Assembly (NCBI GenBank): GCA_963698145.1
Contig: CAVOPQ010000001.1
Location: 283,385 to 347,384, forward strand
Reading direction: 5' to 3'
DNA: 64,000 nt
DNA from: an uncultured Acidobacteriota bacterium
Lineage (GTDB): Bacteria > Acidobacteriota > Terriglobia > Acidiferrales > UBA7541
Positions 36,691 to 49,266 of this stretch are shown here, piece by piece. The stretch's first letter is position 1, and the number at the start of each line of letters is the position of its first letter. The notes under the pieces were generated by a model. It was not told the origin of the DNA. It saw only the letters and a program-made list of their open reading frames with translations, and ran no database searches. Both the position numbers and the translations under genes were made by a program.

Positions 36691-38183
36691 ATGAAGAGAG
36701 ACCGAAAAATACGCCGCCGTTCTGAAGAGGGAATCGCGCTGCTGATCGCGATCTTCGTCCTGCTATTGATTAGCGTGGTAGCGATTGCTTTGCTGGTTTC
36801 TTCCGGCACGGAAACTGCGCTTGGCGCAAACTATCGAGCTTCTTCCACCGTGTACTATGCCGCCCTCGCAGGCCTCGAGGAAGCCCGCGGCCGCTTGCTT
36901 CCGAAGAGTCCAAATTATTTTGGCGCTCTCCGTCCCTGCCCTTGTGTATGGGACGACCTTGCCGTTGGGCCAGGCGTCTATCGTCCTGAATCAGTTGCCG
37001 AGCGAGACCATCGTGCCATGGGACTCCAGCGATAAATATTACGACAACGAATACCAGAGTGAATTTGGCGTGCCGCCGTCGAGCAATTCGTGCGGTCGAT
37101 CTCTCGGTCTGGGATAACAACGTGCAAGGGATTCCTGGGCCAACTTTCAAATGGGTACGCATCAACGCCGTAACCGAGGCAGCTCTTATACATAGATGTG
37201 AACTACAGCGGCTCCTATAATTCCACCACACCGATTTTTTACAATCCTGCCCACCTCGATTCTCAGCGGGAATCCGTGGCCCAGCTTGATTAGTCGTTAG
37301 TCCGCCGTCTACTGCCGTGCAGGCACTCGAACTCACCGCTCTCGCCTATCTGCCGAATGGCAGCCAGAAATGTTTGCAGTACCTTGTCGCTCCGATCGCC
37401 CTCAATTTGAATTTTCCGTCGGCTCTGACCATGGATGGCAACAACGTGACATTTTCTGTCGCCGAGTTCAAGCTCGTTCTGGGTAAACGGAAACGACCAG
37501 TTTGGTGTCGGAAGCTGCGCGCCAGGCCCCAACCCCGTTGTGGGAGTGGGGTACACAAATAATGGTGACGCAAGTCAGTCGAACATAACGACGGCGATTC
37601 CCTCGGGCAATAACACTCAATATACGGGTTACGGAGGCAGAACACCGAATGTCAGCTACGTGGGGGGCGTCGGGGGCTTGCTGCAAACCTGCAGACTGTG
37701 AGCGGACTTGATTCTCTGGTGCAGACTATCACCCAGAATGCGGATGTTATGATTAACGGGCCGGCGACGCAAAGCGATATGCCCTCGGCAATGTCTTCAA
37801 CGAATCCGATGACCATCGTGGTCAATGGCGACCTGACGTTTAACGGTTGGCATGGCATGGGCTACGGAATTCTCCTTGTGACGGGAAAATTTACTTACGA
37901 TCCGGACGCCAGTTGGAATGGAATCGTCCTAGTGATCGGAAAGGGCATCATCTACTCCTACCAAGGTGGCACCGGCCAATTCATCGGAGCCATGTTCCTG
38001 GCGACTACGGTGGACGGCTCGGACAATCCTTTGCCGCCGGCGTCTCCTCTGGGATCCCCTTCTTTCAACTTCACATCTGGGTCGGGCGGCAACGGCGTTT
38101 ACTACAGCAGTTGCTGGGTCCAGTACGTGCAGACTCCTATTAATTACAAGGTTCTTTCCTTCCACGAGATTCCACAATCATAA
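36691..38183 (+). CDS. PilX-like protein with long C-terminal domain, several frameshifts
   Basis: EEG|IALLIAIFVLLLI (no Glu5), YAALAGLEEAR, C-terminal GYGILLVTG...WNGIVLVIG. Confidence 0.75.
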
Positions 38184-38200
38184 TAGAGATAGGACTTCGC

Positions 38201-38853
38201 ATGAACTCCAGCAAGCTCTTCAACTCTCGTAGCCTGGCGTATCTCGCTCTTGCCGGCGTAGTTTTCGATTCCTCGAAATGCCTTGCGAGTGCTACTCAGC
38301 AGCAAGAACAGCAGCAATCGCAGCAACCACCGCCGGCCGCCCCAACAGAATCCGCAACCGTCGTCACAACAGCCGACCGCGACCGCTCAGCAGGCTCCCA
38401 AGCAGCGGAAGGTATGGACAAACGAGGACATAATATTGCTGCGTACCCCTGCAGACATCTATCTCCTCGAGAAAGAGGCACGCGAAGCCGCTGAGGCGAG
38501 GCCGAGGCCGCGAAAATAGCAGCTGAAGGCAAGCCCGTAATGGAAGCTCCTTTAGAGATAAAACTTCCGACTTCCATTGAGGAGACACAGTTGCTGCTCA
38601 AGAACAAAGAGCAAGAAGTTGCTGACAAGCAAGCCGCCCTCACGAGTTTGAAGGCCGAACTCTCCGACACCCCCCTAGCCAGCAACCAACCAAGCAAAAG
38701 GAAATCGATACACTTGCAGCGGATTTGGAAAGAGCGGAGAAGGAACGCAAGGCATTGCAGGACAACTTGGAGCAACTGAATGCGCCACCCAACGCTACAA
38801 CCCCGCCCCCCATAAGCGCGCCGCCCCCGCCCGACACGCCGCCGTCTCCATAA
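38201..38853 (+). CDS. Secreted coiled-coil hypothetical protein, frameshifted
   Basis: Signal-like N-terminus, Gln/Pro linker, KVWTNEDI, helical heptads, Pro-rich tail. Confidence 0.55.
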
Positions 38854-38956
38854 ATCCTTGCCGCTTGTGCTGCCACGTGCACTGCAATCAATCCTCTCGT
38901 AAGGGCTGGCATGGCGTGCCTGGAGCAGGTCACCGCTGTATAATGCTGGATGCGCA

Positions 38957-39502
38957 ATGGCCAGAGGAAGCGCGCTGATGCACGGCACCACAGTGCTGTG
39001 CGTGCGCAAGGACAATAAAGTCGTGTTGATCGCCGATGGCCAGGTGACCATGGGCGATCACGTTATGAAGCACACCGCGCGCAAGACGCGCCGCCTTTAC
39101 AACGACAGGGTCATCGCGGGCTTTGCGGGCTCTACTGCCGACGCGATTTCACTTTTCGAGCGTTTTGAAGGCAAACTTCAGGAGCACTCCGGAAACTTGC
39201 AGAAAGCGGCCGTCGAGCTTGCCAAGGAGTGGCGCAAGGATCGCGCGCTGCGGCATCTCGAGGCGTTGCTCATCGTCGCGGACGCGAAATCCACTTTCCT
39301 GCTTTCCGGCAACGGCGATGTCATCGAGCCGGATGATGGTTTGTGCGCCATCGGCTCTGGCGGGATGTATGCGCTGGCCGCGGCGCGCGCCATGATCAAG
39401 CATTCGAAGCTTGGAGCGAAAGATTTGGCCATGGAAGCGATGCGCATCGCCAGCGAGATTTGCATTTTCACCAACGCCAACTTTACAGTCGAAGAGCTGT
39501 AG
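38957..39502 (+). CDS. hslV: ATP-dependent protease peptidase subunit HslV
   Basis: [28 protein letters not shown]. Confidence 0.97.
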   Translation: MARGSALMHGTTVLCVRKDNKVVLIADGQVTMGDHVMKHTARKTRRLYNDRVIAGFAGSTADAISLFERFEGKLQEHSGNLQKAAVELAKEWRKDRALRHLEALLIVADAKSTFLLSGNGDVIEPDDGLCAIGSGGMYALAAARAMIKHSKLGAKDLAMEAMRIASEICIFTNANFTVEEL

Positions 39503-39588
39503 GGGTCGCCGGACAACACGCCGGATCATTTTCGCGCATCAAAAGACTTGGATACCTGGGGATTGCGCACAAAGGGATTGGACATTTC

Positions 39589-41030
39589 ATGAGCCAGCAA
39601 GACCGATAAAGAGATAGTATTCACGCCCGGTGGCAATGGCGCCCCGCCCGCGGAAGAGCAAGAACTTCTTCCCGCGCTCGACGATATGACTCCGCGCGAA
39701 ATCGTCGCGGAGCTCGATAAATACATCGTCGGGCAGAACGCGGCCAAGCGCGCTGTCGCTATTGCTTTGCGCAATCGCGTTCGCCGCCAAAAACTTCCAC
39801 CGGAGATTGCGGAAGACGTTCTTCCCAAGAACATTTTGATGATCGGCCCGACGGGTGTCGGCAAGACTGAAATCGCGCGCCGCCTCGCACGTCTGGCAGG
39901 CTGCCCCTTCGTCAAAGTCGAAGCCTCAAAATACACCGAAGTCGGTTACGTGGGCCGTGACGTGGAATCGATGGTCCGCGACCTCATCGAAACTTCCCTC
40001 GACATGGTTCGCGAAGAAAAACTCGACGAAGTCGCCGATCGCGCCGAGCAGGCTGCGGAAGAGCGCGTTCTTGATCTGTTGCTTCCTCCGTCTCCTCCGC
40101 CTGCTCCTGGCACCACCGAAGCCGATGTCGCGGCGCAGCGCGAACAAACGCAGCGCACACGCGAAAAACTTCGCGCGCAGCTTCGCGAAGGCAAGCTCGA
40201 TCAGCGCATGGTCGACATCGAAGTTCGCGAACGCGCTATGCCTTCCGTTTGAAATCATCTCCAATCAGGGCGTTGAGGAGATGGACGTCAATATTAAGGA
40301 CATGCTTTCCGGCATGTTTGGCCAGCAGAAAAAAAAGCGCAAGATGTCCGTCGCGGACGCTTTCGAATACCTGATTCAAGAGGAAGAAAACCGGCTGCTC
40401 GATATGGACCAGGTCACGCGCATTGCCGTCGAACGCGCCGAGCAGATGGGCATCATCTTCATCGACGAAATCGACAAGGTCGCCGGACGAGAATCCGGGC
40501 ACGGGCCCGATGTCTCCCGCGAAGGCGTTCAACGGGATATTCTGCCGATCATCGAAGGCACGACCGTGAACACCCGCTATGGCATGATTCGAACCGATCA
40601 CATTTTGTTCATCGCCGCGGGCGCCTTCCACATTACGAAACCGTCCGACCTTATCCCCGAGTTGCAAGGCCGCTTGCCCATCCGCGTCGAGTTGCAATCG
40701 CTCAAGGAAGAAGATTTCATCCGTATCCTCACGGAGCCGAAAAATGCCCTGATCAAGCAATACGTTGCGCTTCTTGAGACCGAAGGCGTCAAGCTCAACA
40801 TCACCGAAGATGCCGTTGCGGCCATCGCACGCTTTGCCACCAGCGTTAACGAGCAGACCGAAAACATCGGCGCCCGGCGCCTTCACACCATCCTCGAAAA
40901 GGTTCTCGACGAGATTTCCTTTGAAGCGCCCGATCTGAAAAAGAAGAATGTTAAGGTCGATGCCGCCTACGTCAACAAGCAGCTCGCCGATATCGTTAAG
41001 AATCAGGATTTGAGCCGCTATATCCTGTAA
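39589..41030 (+). CDS. hslU: ATP-dependent protease ATPase subunit HslU, frameshifts near 39600 and 40245
   Basis: [41 protein letters not shown]. Confidence 0.97.
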
Positions 41031-41092
41031 ACTCCGAAACTTGAAAATGGAAATCGGAAATTCGCGGACCGCCACTTTGCGCGACGGGAAGC

Positions 41093-42236
41093 TTGCCCGC
41101 CTCACGAGTTTCTCCTTCTCGAGTTTTGACGTTCGCATTTCTATTCGTGGCCGGTTGCGGCGCACCCGGTGAGCCGACTCCGCCTTCTCCGCCGATTCCC
41201 GCGGCCGTCACCGATCTCTCCGCTCAACAGGCCGGCGACGGCGTGCAACTCACCTTCACCTTGCCTGCGAATACGGTCTCCGGTGATCGCCTCACGGCTC
41301 CGCCTGCTGTCGAATTTGTTCGAGGCACATCAAAACCGGACGGTTCGCCGAACGTGAAGTCCTTTCGCGTCGTCTATACGATCCCAGGCTCGCTCGTGGA
41401 TAACTACGTCCTCGAAAGGCCGTCTGAAATTCATCGATCCCATCGCGCCAGAGGAAACTCGTGCGCATCCGGGCAGTTCCCTTGTCTATGTCGTTCGAAC
41501 GCGCGCCTCCAAGAAACGCGCCTCGGCGGATTCCAACTCCGTTTCCGTCCGCATGTTTCCCGTTCCGGAAGCGATCGCTCACGTCGAGGCGCACGTCACG
41601 GAGTCCGCAATTGATTTGAGCTGGCCTGCCCCAACTCGTACGTCCGGAGGCGGTCCATTGAACGCCCTAACGGGTTATCGCATTTATCGCGGCGAGCTCG
41701 ATCCCTCCTCAGCAGAGGCTGCTTCCACGGATTTTTCGAAGGCGAAATGGAAATCGCCGCTCACTTTGCTTGCGCCCTCTGACGACACCTCGTACCGCGA
41801 CACTCTTTTCGACTTTGGCAAAACGTACGCCTACGTCGTTAGAAGCCTCGTGCTTGTGGAGGGCAATGCACTGGAATCTTCGGATTCTGTTTCTGTGATC
41901 GTTTCCGCACGAGACACTTTTCCGCCAGCCGCGCCACAGAACCTGGTTGCCGCCGGTGTTCTTTCCGGAGCCCCTGCCGGGTCCGTGCTTGTGGATCTCT
42001 CCTGGTCCATTAATCTTGAAACCGACCTCGCCGGCTACCGCGTCTATCGAAGTGAGCGGCAGGATACACGGGGGGTGCTGATCACTCCCGACCTGTTGCT
42101 TACACCGGCGTATCGTGATACGTCTGTGGAGCCCGGCCACCGCTACTGGTATTCCGTGACCGCCGTCGATCGCGCTGGCAATGAAAGTGAGCCCAGCGCG
42201 GCCGTCGCGGTTGATGTCGCGAAACCTTCTTCGTAG
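41093..42236 (+). CDS. Fibronectin type III domain lipoprotein, frameshifted
   Basis: Lipobox VAGC, GYRIYR, DTFPPAAP, YSVTAVDRAGNES. Confidence 0.8.
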
Positions 42237-42397
42237 CCCCGGGTTATATTTCGGCAAATAGTCTTGGGAGTGCATCTGCTTGACGTCCGTTCGAGCACAT
42301 ATGCCTGCATATCGGCTGGTTCCAGGCATTCCGGAACGCATCGGTCCGCACGGGTGTCTATGTAGGGATCCTTCTTTCAGCTGCATTTAGCGGATGG

Positions 42398-42778
42398 GTG
42401 ATCGTGGCCAATCGAGTTCCGTTCTTCGATCGCTTCGCTCTCGTGCGTAATTTGGCTGCGGTCGCAGTTCTTGGCCTCCTCGCCTTGATTCCCGTTCTCC
42501 GCTTTTGGCGCATGCCGGGCAACTTGCTGGCTTCGAGTCTCGTCGCATGGGTTCTTTTCAGCCTGACGTATCGCATCCTTTGCATGAATTTCGAGGGCCT
42601 TGCCGAGCGGTCCAGCGCCGTTCAAATTTTCATGCTCGGTGCAGTGCTGTATATGCTTGCTGGTCACTGTTTCCTGGCTTGGAACCATCATTCGGCGCGC
42701 GCGCGCTTCACACGTTTCTCATCCGAATCACCATCCGAGCTGATCACAAATGAAATTCTGCCGCTTTCTTCCACTTGA
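42398..42778 (+). CDS. Hypothetical membrane protein; boundaries uncertain
   Basis: Several hydrophobic segments; frameshifts at both ends are likely. Confidence 0.5.
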   Translation: MIVANRVPFFDRFALVRNLAAVAVLGLLALIPVLRFWRMPGNLLASSLVAWVLFSLTYRILCMNFEGLAERSSAVQIFMLGAVLYMLAGHCFLAWNHHSARARFTRFSSESPSELITNEILPLSST

Positions 42779-43538
42779 TGCTACTGACGTGCAGCCGGCT
42801 TCTGCGCTTTACGGCCTGCTCGAAGGCGATCAAGTCCGAGCTATATCCGGCGCTCCGTGGAGTACCTGGACCCACGGCACGAATATCTGGCACGTCGCTG
42901 ACGTTCGCTTACTGTCGCCCGTCGATCCCGGGAAAATAGTCTGCGTTGGGCGCAACTACGTGGCACATGCCGCCGAATTCGGCCACGAAGTGCCCAAGGA
43001 GCCGCTAATCTTTCTCAAGCCTCCATCCGCGATGATTGGCCCGGGCGAGCCAATTGTTCTTACGCCGCAATCCCAACGCGTGGAACACGAAGGCGAGCTT
43101 GCGCTTGTGGTCGGCCGGCGTTGTTCGCAACTCAAGGATTCCGACGACGCGCTGACCTATCTGCTCGGCTATAGCTGCCTCAACGACGTCACCGCGCGCG
43201 ACCTCCAGAAGAGCGACGTCCAGTTCACGCGCGCCAAGGGTTTCGATACCTTTTGTCCTATTGGCCCGCACATCGAGACGCAGCTCGATCCATCGGATGT
43301 TTTGGTGGAAACGCATGTCAATGGCGTCCTCCGTCAATCCGGACGCACCTCGCTTATGGTTTATCCAGCTGCGTTTCTCGTCCGCTGGATCTCTCGTGTG
43401 ATGACTCTCAATCCCGGCGATGTGATCGCCACCGGCACACCAGCTGGCGTTGGCCCGCTGGTCGCTGGAGACATTGTCGAAGTATGCGTAAGTGGTGTTG
43501 GCGTGTTGCGCAATCCAGTGCAAGCCCCGCACACGTAG
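42750..43538 (+). CDS. Fumarylacetoacetate hydrolase family protein
   Basis: VGRNY, FLKP, HEGEL, NDVTARD, KGFDTF, TGTPAG. Confidence 0.93.
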   Translation: MKFCRFLPLDATDVQPASALYGLLEGDQVRAISGAPWSTWTHGTNIWHVADVRLLSPVDPGKIVCVGRNYVAHAAEFGHEVPKEPLIFLKPPSAMIGPGEPIVLTPQSQRVEHEGELALVVGRRCSQLKDSDDALTYLLGYSCLNDVTARDLQKSDVQFTRAKGFDTFCPIGPHIETQLDPSDVLVETHVNGVLRQSGRTSLMVYPAAFLVRWISRVMTLNPGDVIATGTPAGVGPLVAGDIVEVCVSGVGVLRNPVQAPHT

Positions 43539-43682
43539 ATTCACCACCCCGACGCTGTTTCTGTAAAATACAGGGTGTGGGGGCGCTTCTCGTAGGAAGA
43601 CCCTTTTCTCGTATGCCGTGCATCTGCCGATCTGTGCGCCTGGGTCACTCCACAACTGATTTGCCACATTGGAGCTAGCTAG

Positions 43683-44135
43683 TTGAAATCTCTTTTCGCA
43701 GACTGGAAACTTGTTCTCGCCATGGCGGGAGCCGCCGTCGCCGCAATCGCCATGATTGCCTACGCCTTCTTTCGCCCGGCGGAAGAACCCGAGAACGTCG
43801 AACGCAGGCGGCGTCTCCACTTGAATCAGATCGGTCGCATTGCGGAAGGCCAGGTCGTCGAGTTGGCGGAGCATCCTGCCGAGCAGCTCGAAGGCAGGAA
43901 GAAAATGTTTGGTGCGCGTGCCCGCCCGCTCGTCGATGCCAGACCGCGACACCTCGTCACCTACAGCTACGCGATTTCCGGCGTAACCTATCACACGGCT
44001 CAGGACATCACCGGCCTCGAAGGGCAGATCCGTTTCGAACGACTTGTCGCTGGCCAGCCTGCCAGCGTGAAGTACGATCCCGCAAATCCGAGCGACTCCA
44101 TTCTGGTCGCCGACGATTGGTCCGGTTTACGCTGA
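43683..44135 (+). CDS. DUF3592-like membrane protein
   Basis: N-terminal [15 protein letters not shown]. Confidence 0.65.
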   Translation: MKSLFADWKLVLAMAGAAVAAIAMIAYAFFRPAEEPENVERRRRLHLNQIGRIAEGQVVELAEHPAEQLEGRKKMFGARARPLVDARPRHLVTYSYAISGVTYHTAQDITGLEGQIRFERLVAGQPASVKYDPANPSDSILVADDWSGLR

Positions 44136-44236
44136 GTTTCGAAGCTCTCAGTTTCCGGCCCTGCGACGCTGCATTCTGATTTCCGCCCAGTTGCGCTATC
44201 CTTCTCCCTGCGGCTTCGATACGCCGTGCCACTCTC

Positions 44237-44461
44237 ATGAAAATGGTTCTCGCCTCCGTCTTCACCACCATTCTCGTCGTTGCGATGACTCTGGGCGCAA
44301 TGTTCATTCTGGTGCAAGCCACGGATTACGTGACGTCTCTCGATTCTCCTCTTCAACGTGCCGTGGCCATGTGTCGCGGAACTTCTTCTCGGAGTTGTCT
44401 TGCTGCTTGGCACCGTCTGGCTCGCTACCCATCTTGCTGTTCGCATCTTCGCCAAAAATGA
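44237..44461 (+). CDS. Small hypothetical membrane protein, probably frameshifted
   Basis: Hydrophobic N-terminal helix. Confidence 0.45.
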   Translation: MKMVLASVFTTILVVAMTLGAMFILVQATDYVTSLDSPLQRAVAMCRGTSSRSCLAAWHRLARYPSCCSHLRQK

Positions 44462-46074
44462 GCCTTCTTCTACGGGAGGAAAGCTTGCCTGAGAAAAACG
44501 CCGCCGCGAGTGCCAAAGAAAAACATCACGACCGCATGGAAGAGCTTCGCCGCCAGACCGCGGAAGCCGAAGCCGGGGGCGGTCCCGAACGCCGCGAGCG
44601 TGAACATAAAGCCGGCAAGCTCGCCGCTCGCGAACGCATCCATCTGCTCCTCGATGAGGGCTCCTTTGAAGAACTCGACAAATTTGTCCGCCACGGTTGC
44701 GTGGATTTTGGTATGCAGGATCAGCGCCCCGCCGGCGATGGCTTCGTCACGGGTTTTGGCCGAATCGATGGCCGGCTTGTCTATGTTTTTGCGCAGGACT
44801 TCACCGTTTTCGGCGGCTCGCTCTCGGAAGCCAACGCGCGGAAAATCTGCAAGATCATGGATCTCGCCATGCGCGCCGGTGCTCCCGTCATCGGCCTCAA
44901 CGACTCCGGCGGCGCGCGCATTCAGGAAGGCGTCGCCTCGCTTGCCGGCTACGCCGATATTTTTTTGCGTAACACGCTCGCCAGCGGCGTAATCCCGCAG
45001 ATCAGCGCCATCATGGGGCCGTGCGCGGGCGGCGCAGTCTATTCTCCTGCGATCACGGATTTCATTTTCATGACGCGCGAGACTTCCTACATGTTCGTCA
45101 CCGGCCCCGACGTCATCAAGACCGTCACGCACGAGGAAGTCTCCAAGCAAGAGCTCGGCGGCGCCATGACCCACAACGAAAAAAGCGGTGTGGCGCACTT
45201 CGTCTCCGCGGACGATGCCGATTGCCTGGCCATGATTCGCGAACTTTTGAGTTTCCTGCCTTCGAACAATGTGGAAGATCCTCCGCGCCGCCAGTCCTTG
45301 GATTCACCCGATCGCCGCGAGGAATCCCTGAACTCGCTTGTCCCGGCCGATCCCCAGAAGCCTTACGACATCAAGGACGCCATCCACGCCGTTATCGATG
45401 ACGGCTACTTCTTCGAAGTCCACGAGCATTTCGCAAAAAATATCGTGGTTGGTTTTGCGCGCCTGGAAGGCCGCTCCGTCGGCATCGTCGCCAATCAGCC
45501 CGCGTTCCTCGCCGGCGTTCTCGATATCAATGCCTCGCTCAAAGGCGCACGCTTCGTCCGCTTCTGCGACGCCTTTAATATTCCGCTCATCACGTTTGAA
45601 GACGTTCCGGGCTTCCTCCCAGGCACGCAGCAGGAGTTTGGCGGCATCATCAAGCATGGCGCGAAATTGCTTTTCGCATTTGCCGAGGCCACCGTTCCCA
45701 AAATCACGGTCATTACGCGCAAGGCCTATGGCGGAGCATATTGCGTCATGGCCAGCAAACACATCCGCACCGACGCCAACTTCGCATGGCCTTCAGCGGA
45801 AATCGCTGTGATGGGTCCCGAAGGCGCCGTGAATATCGTTTACAAGCGCGAACTGGACAAAGCCCCCGAATCCGATCGCGAAAGACTTCGTCAGGAAAAA
45901 ATCGACGAATTTCGCGACCGCTTCGCCAATCCCTTTGTCGCCGCTGAAAAGGGCTACATCGACGCCATCATCGAGCCGTCCGAAACTCGTCTCCGCATCA
46001 TCACCGCTCTCCGCGCCCTGGAAAACAAGCGCGACACCAACCCCCGCAAAAAACACGGCAACATTCCTCTCTGA
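44458..46074 (+). CDS. pccB: Acyl-CoA (propionyl/methylmalonyl-CoA) carboxyltransferase beta subunit
   Basis: [52 protein letters not shown]. Confidence 0.9.
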   Translation: MSLLLREESLPEKNAAASAKEKHHDRMEELRRQTAEAEAGGGPERREREHKAGKLAARERIHLLLDEGSFEELDKFVRHGCVDFGMQDQRPAGDGFVTGFGRIDGRLVYVFAQDFTVFGGSLSEANARKICKIMDLAMRAGAPVIGLNDSGGARIQEGVASLAGYADIFLRNTLASGVIPQISAIMGPCAGGAVYSPAITDFIFMTRETSYMFVTGPDVIKTVTHEEVSKQELGGAMTHNEKSGVAHFVSADDADCLAMIRELLSFLPSNNVEDPPRRQSLDSPDRREESLNSLVPADPQKPYDIKDAIHAVIDDGYFFEVHEHFAKNIVVGFARLEGRSVGIVANQPAFLAGVLDINASLKGARFVRFCDAFNIPLITFEDVPGFLPGTQQEFGGIIKHGAKLLFAFAEATVPKITVITRKAYGGAYCVMASKHIRTDANFAWPSAEIAVMGPEGAVNIVYKRELDKAPESDRERLRQEKIDEFRDRFANPFVAAEKGYIDAIIEPSETRLRIITALRALENKRDTNPRKKHGNIPL

Positions 46075-46135
46075 ATCTGTCCTCCAAGTGACTGTGGTAC
46101 ATTTGGCCGCGGCAAATCTCTTTCTGGAGCGTTTC

Positions 46136-47062
46136 ATGTCTCCGCGCGCGCTGTCCGTCATTCTCCTTCTTTCATTTCTTTGCGCCCTGAATGGGCGAGC
46201 TCAATCCAAGTCAGTCGCAGAGCGCCTGGGCTATCCAGCCGATGCGAAGCTCCTCATCGTTCATGCCGATGACCTCGCGGTGGCTCATTCCGTAAATGCC
46301 GCCAGTTTCGCCGCGCTCGATGCGAACGCCGTGACCTCGGCAAGCATCATGATTCCGTGTGCCTGGCTGACCGAAGCCGCTTCCTATGCTAAAGCTCACC
46401 CAAACGCCGATCTCGGCCTTCATCTCACTGTCACAAGCGAGTGGAAAACGTATCGTTGGGGCCCGGTGGAATCGACGGATAAAGTTTCTTCGCTGGTCGC
46501 TCTGGATGGATATTTGTGGCCCGAAACCGAGCCTGCGGCGCAAAACATCAAGCCCGAGGAGGCCGAACGCGAGATTCGCGCGCAGATTCAACGAGCCATT
46601 GCCCTCGGTATCCGGCCCACTCATCTCGATAGCCACATGGGGACGCTCTTTGCAATGCCCCAGCTCTTTTCCGTTCTTGTCAAAGTTGCCCACGAATATA
46701 AATTGCCATTTCTCGCCGTCAAAGTGACCGACGAGCGCAGCAAACTTCTCTCTCTTCTTTCCGATAAAGACGTTGTTCTCGATTCGCTCGTAATGGCGGA
46801 CCCTTCCGTCACTCCCGGCTCATGGGAAAAGTTCTACGCCTCCGCTATCAGGAATCTGAAGCCTGGTCTCACCGAAATGATCGTTCACCTCGGTCATGAC
46901 GATGCCGAACTGCAGGCCGTCACGTTCGAACACCCTGACTATGGATCAGCCTGGCGCCAGCGCGACTTTGATGTCGTCACTAGCCCCGCTTTCAAGAAAT
47001 TACTCGCGGAAAATCACGTCGTCCTCGTTCAATGGAGGGATTTGGGAAAACTCCTGCAATAG
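46136..47062 (+). CDS. Secreted ChbG/YdjC-family deacetylase
   Basis: HADD, LGLHL, HLDSHM, IVHLG; signal peptide. Confidence 0.85.
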   Translation: MSPRALSVILLLSFLCALNGRAQSKSVAERLGYPADAKLLIVHADDLAVAHSVNAASFAALDANAVTSASIMIPCAWLTEAASYAKAHPNADLGLHLTVTSEWKTYRWGPVESTDKVSSLVALDGYLWPETEPAAQNIKPEEAEREIRAQIQRAIALGIRPTHLDSHMGTLFAMPQLFSVLVKVAHEYKLPFLAVKVTDERSKLLSLLSDKDVVLDSLVMADPSVTPGSWEKFYASAIRNLKPGLTEMIVHLGHDDAELQAVTFEHPDYGSAWRQRDFDVVTSPAFKKLLAENHVVLVQWRDLGKLLQ

Positions 47063-47188
47063 CCGGCTTTCGAAAATTCCCGGTTGTCCGACTCTTGTCC
47101 CACTATTGCCTGCCGAAACACGCAGGTTGTTGCGGGAAGCTCAGCGACGATTTCCCCGTGTTAAACTCTCTCGCCATCTGACTTTTCT

Positions 47189-48728
47189 ATGTTCAAAAAA
47201 ATACTGATTGCCAATCGCGGTGAAATCGCCGTGCGCATCCTGCGCGCCTGCCGCGAGTTGGGCATCCGCTCCGCCGCCGTTTTCAGCGACGTCGATCGCA
47301 AATCGCTCCATGTTCGCCTTGCCGACGAAGCCTATCCAATCGGGCGCGCCCCCTCGCGCGAAAGTTATCTTTGCATTGACAAGATAATCGACGTCGCGCG
47401 CCATTCTGGCTGCGACGCCCTCCATCCTGGCTACGGCTTCCTCGCGGAGAACGCAGCGCTTCCGCGAGCCTGTGCGGACGCAGGCGTCACCTTCATCGGG
47501 CCCAGCGCCGAAGCCATGGAAGCCCTCGGCTCGAAAACCGCCGGCCGCCAGCTCGCGCGACGTTCCGACGTGCCAACCGTTCCAGGCGCAAACGATCCCA
47601 TCGAGAATCCCGAGGATGCCCAGGCCCTGGCCCAGAACATGGGCTATCCCGTGCTGCTCAAAGCCGTCGCCGGCGGCGGTGGCAAAGGCATGCGCGTTGT
47701 CACTCGCGATGCCGAGTTTGCCCCCGCCTGGCGTGATGCATCTTCGGAAGCTCTGAATGCTTTCGGCGATTCCCGCCTCTATCTCGAAAAATATCTGGAA
47801 AAGCCCCGCCACATCGAGATGCAAATCCTTGCCGACACTCATGGCCGTGTCGTTTCCCTCGGCGAACGCGAATGCTCGGTTCAGCGCCGCCACCAAAAAG
47901 TAATCGAGGAAGCTCCCTCGCTCGTCATGACGCCGGAGCTGCGCAAGAAAATGGGTGATGCTGCCGTCCGCCTCGCGCGCGCCGGTGGTTACGTAAACGC
48001 CGGAACAGTGGAGTTTCTGGTCGACGCCAATCTCAATTTTTATTTTCTGGAAGTGAATACGCGTCTTCAAGTCGAGCATCCCGTCACGGAGCAAGTCACC
48101 GGTCTCGATCTCGTCAAGCTGCAAATCGCCATCGCCGCCGGCCATCGCCTTCCCTTTGCTTGGGAGACCATCACGCCCCGCGGCCACGCCATGGAAGTCC
48201 GCCTCTACGCCGAAGATCCCGAAAACAATTTTTTCCCTTCGCCGGGAAAAATTCTCTCGCGCCATGCGCCCAGCGGCCCGGGCATCCGCCTCGATGAAGG
48301 CGTTTACGAAGGCTGGACCGTGCCGATGGACTACGATCCTCTGCTTGAGCAAACTGATCGCCTGGGGCAACAGCCGCGAAGAAACTATCGCTCGTCTGCG
48401 TCGCGCCCTTCAGGAGTACACCGTAACCGGCATCAAGACCAACGCTGGCCTCTTCCGCCGCATTCTCGCCGAGCCCGATTTTCTTCGCGGCGACATACAC
48501 ACCAAGTGGCTCGACGAATTACTTCATCGTGTGCCTTCTGCAACTCCGACCTCCCTCGAACCCGCACCCTCGGACCACGCCAGCGATGCCGCTGCTATTG
48601 GCGCTGCTCTTTGGCATGCGAACCAGTCACAGCGGAATTCAGGCCCGTCCTCTTCAAGCCAGGATTCCTCTCAACCTTCCCGATGGAAGCAGGAAGGCCG
48701 TCGCCAACAATTGGACCGCCTGCCATGA
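47189..48728 (+). CDS. accC: Biotin carboxylase, frameshift near 48345
   Basis: KILIANRGEIA, HPGYGFLAEN, GGGGKGMR, ECSVQRRHQK, EVNTRLQVEH; C-terminus in ORF 48156..48728. Confidence 0.92.
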
Positions 48729-49237
48729 AATTTGAAGTCTGGCTCATAGGCCCTTCCGGTAAGAAGCTCCGCACCGTCGAATTAGAGCGCGACGCCGGCC
48801 GCCTGAGAATCACGCTGGACGGACGATCTGTCGATGCCGATGCCGTCGAAATTGATCCAAACACTCTCTCCCTCTTACTCGAGGGCCAATCCTACGAACT
48901 TCGCTTCATGCAGCTGCCGGATGGTCTGCTCAAAATCCAAGTCGGTGAACAAGAGTTCGCTGCCGAGGTTGCCGATCCACGTGCCTGGCGCGGCCGGCAG
49001 CATGGCTCCCTCGAAGCGGAAGGCCGGCAACAGGTCATCGCACCAATGCCTGGCAAGATCATTCGGCTCCTTGTCAGCCAGGGAGACAGAGTCGAAGCCG
49101 GGCAGGGCCTTCTCGTCGTGGAGGCCATGAAAATGCAAAACGAAATTCGTTCGCCGAAGAGCGGTATCGTCGGGCGCCTTCAAGTCAAGGAAGGCCAGCC
49201 CGTCAACGCCGGGGATGTTCTTGCCTGGGTGGAATAA
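48725..49237 (+). CDS. Biotin carboxyl carrier domain protein
   Basis: APMPGK, VEAMKMQNE biotinylation motif; ATGA coupling to accC. Confidence 0.9.
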   Translation: MKFEVWLIGPSGKKLRTVELERDAGRLRITLDGRSVDADAVEIDPNTLSLLLEGQSYELRFMQLPDGLLKIQVGEQEFAAEVADPRAWRGRQHGSLEAEGRQQVIAPMPGKIIRLLVSQGDRVEAGQGLLVVEAMKMQNEIRSPKSGIVGRLQVKEGQPVNAGDVLAWVE

Positions 49238-49266
49238 CCGAAGGATTGAAAAGCAAAATAAGTGGT

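Noticed and set aside
47189-49237. 682-aa biotin carboxylase-carrier fusion
   Set aside because: The middle section is out of frame; the true carboxylase C-terminus stops at 48728, overlapping the carrier ATG
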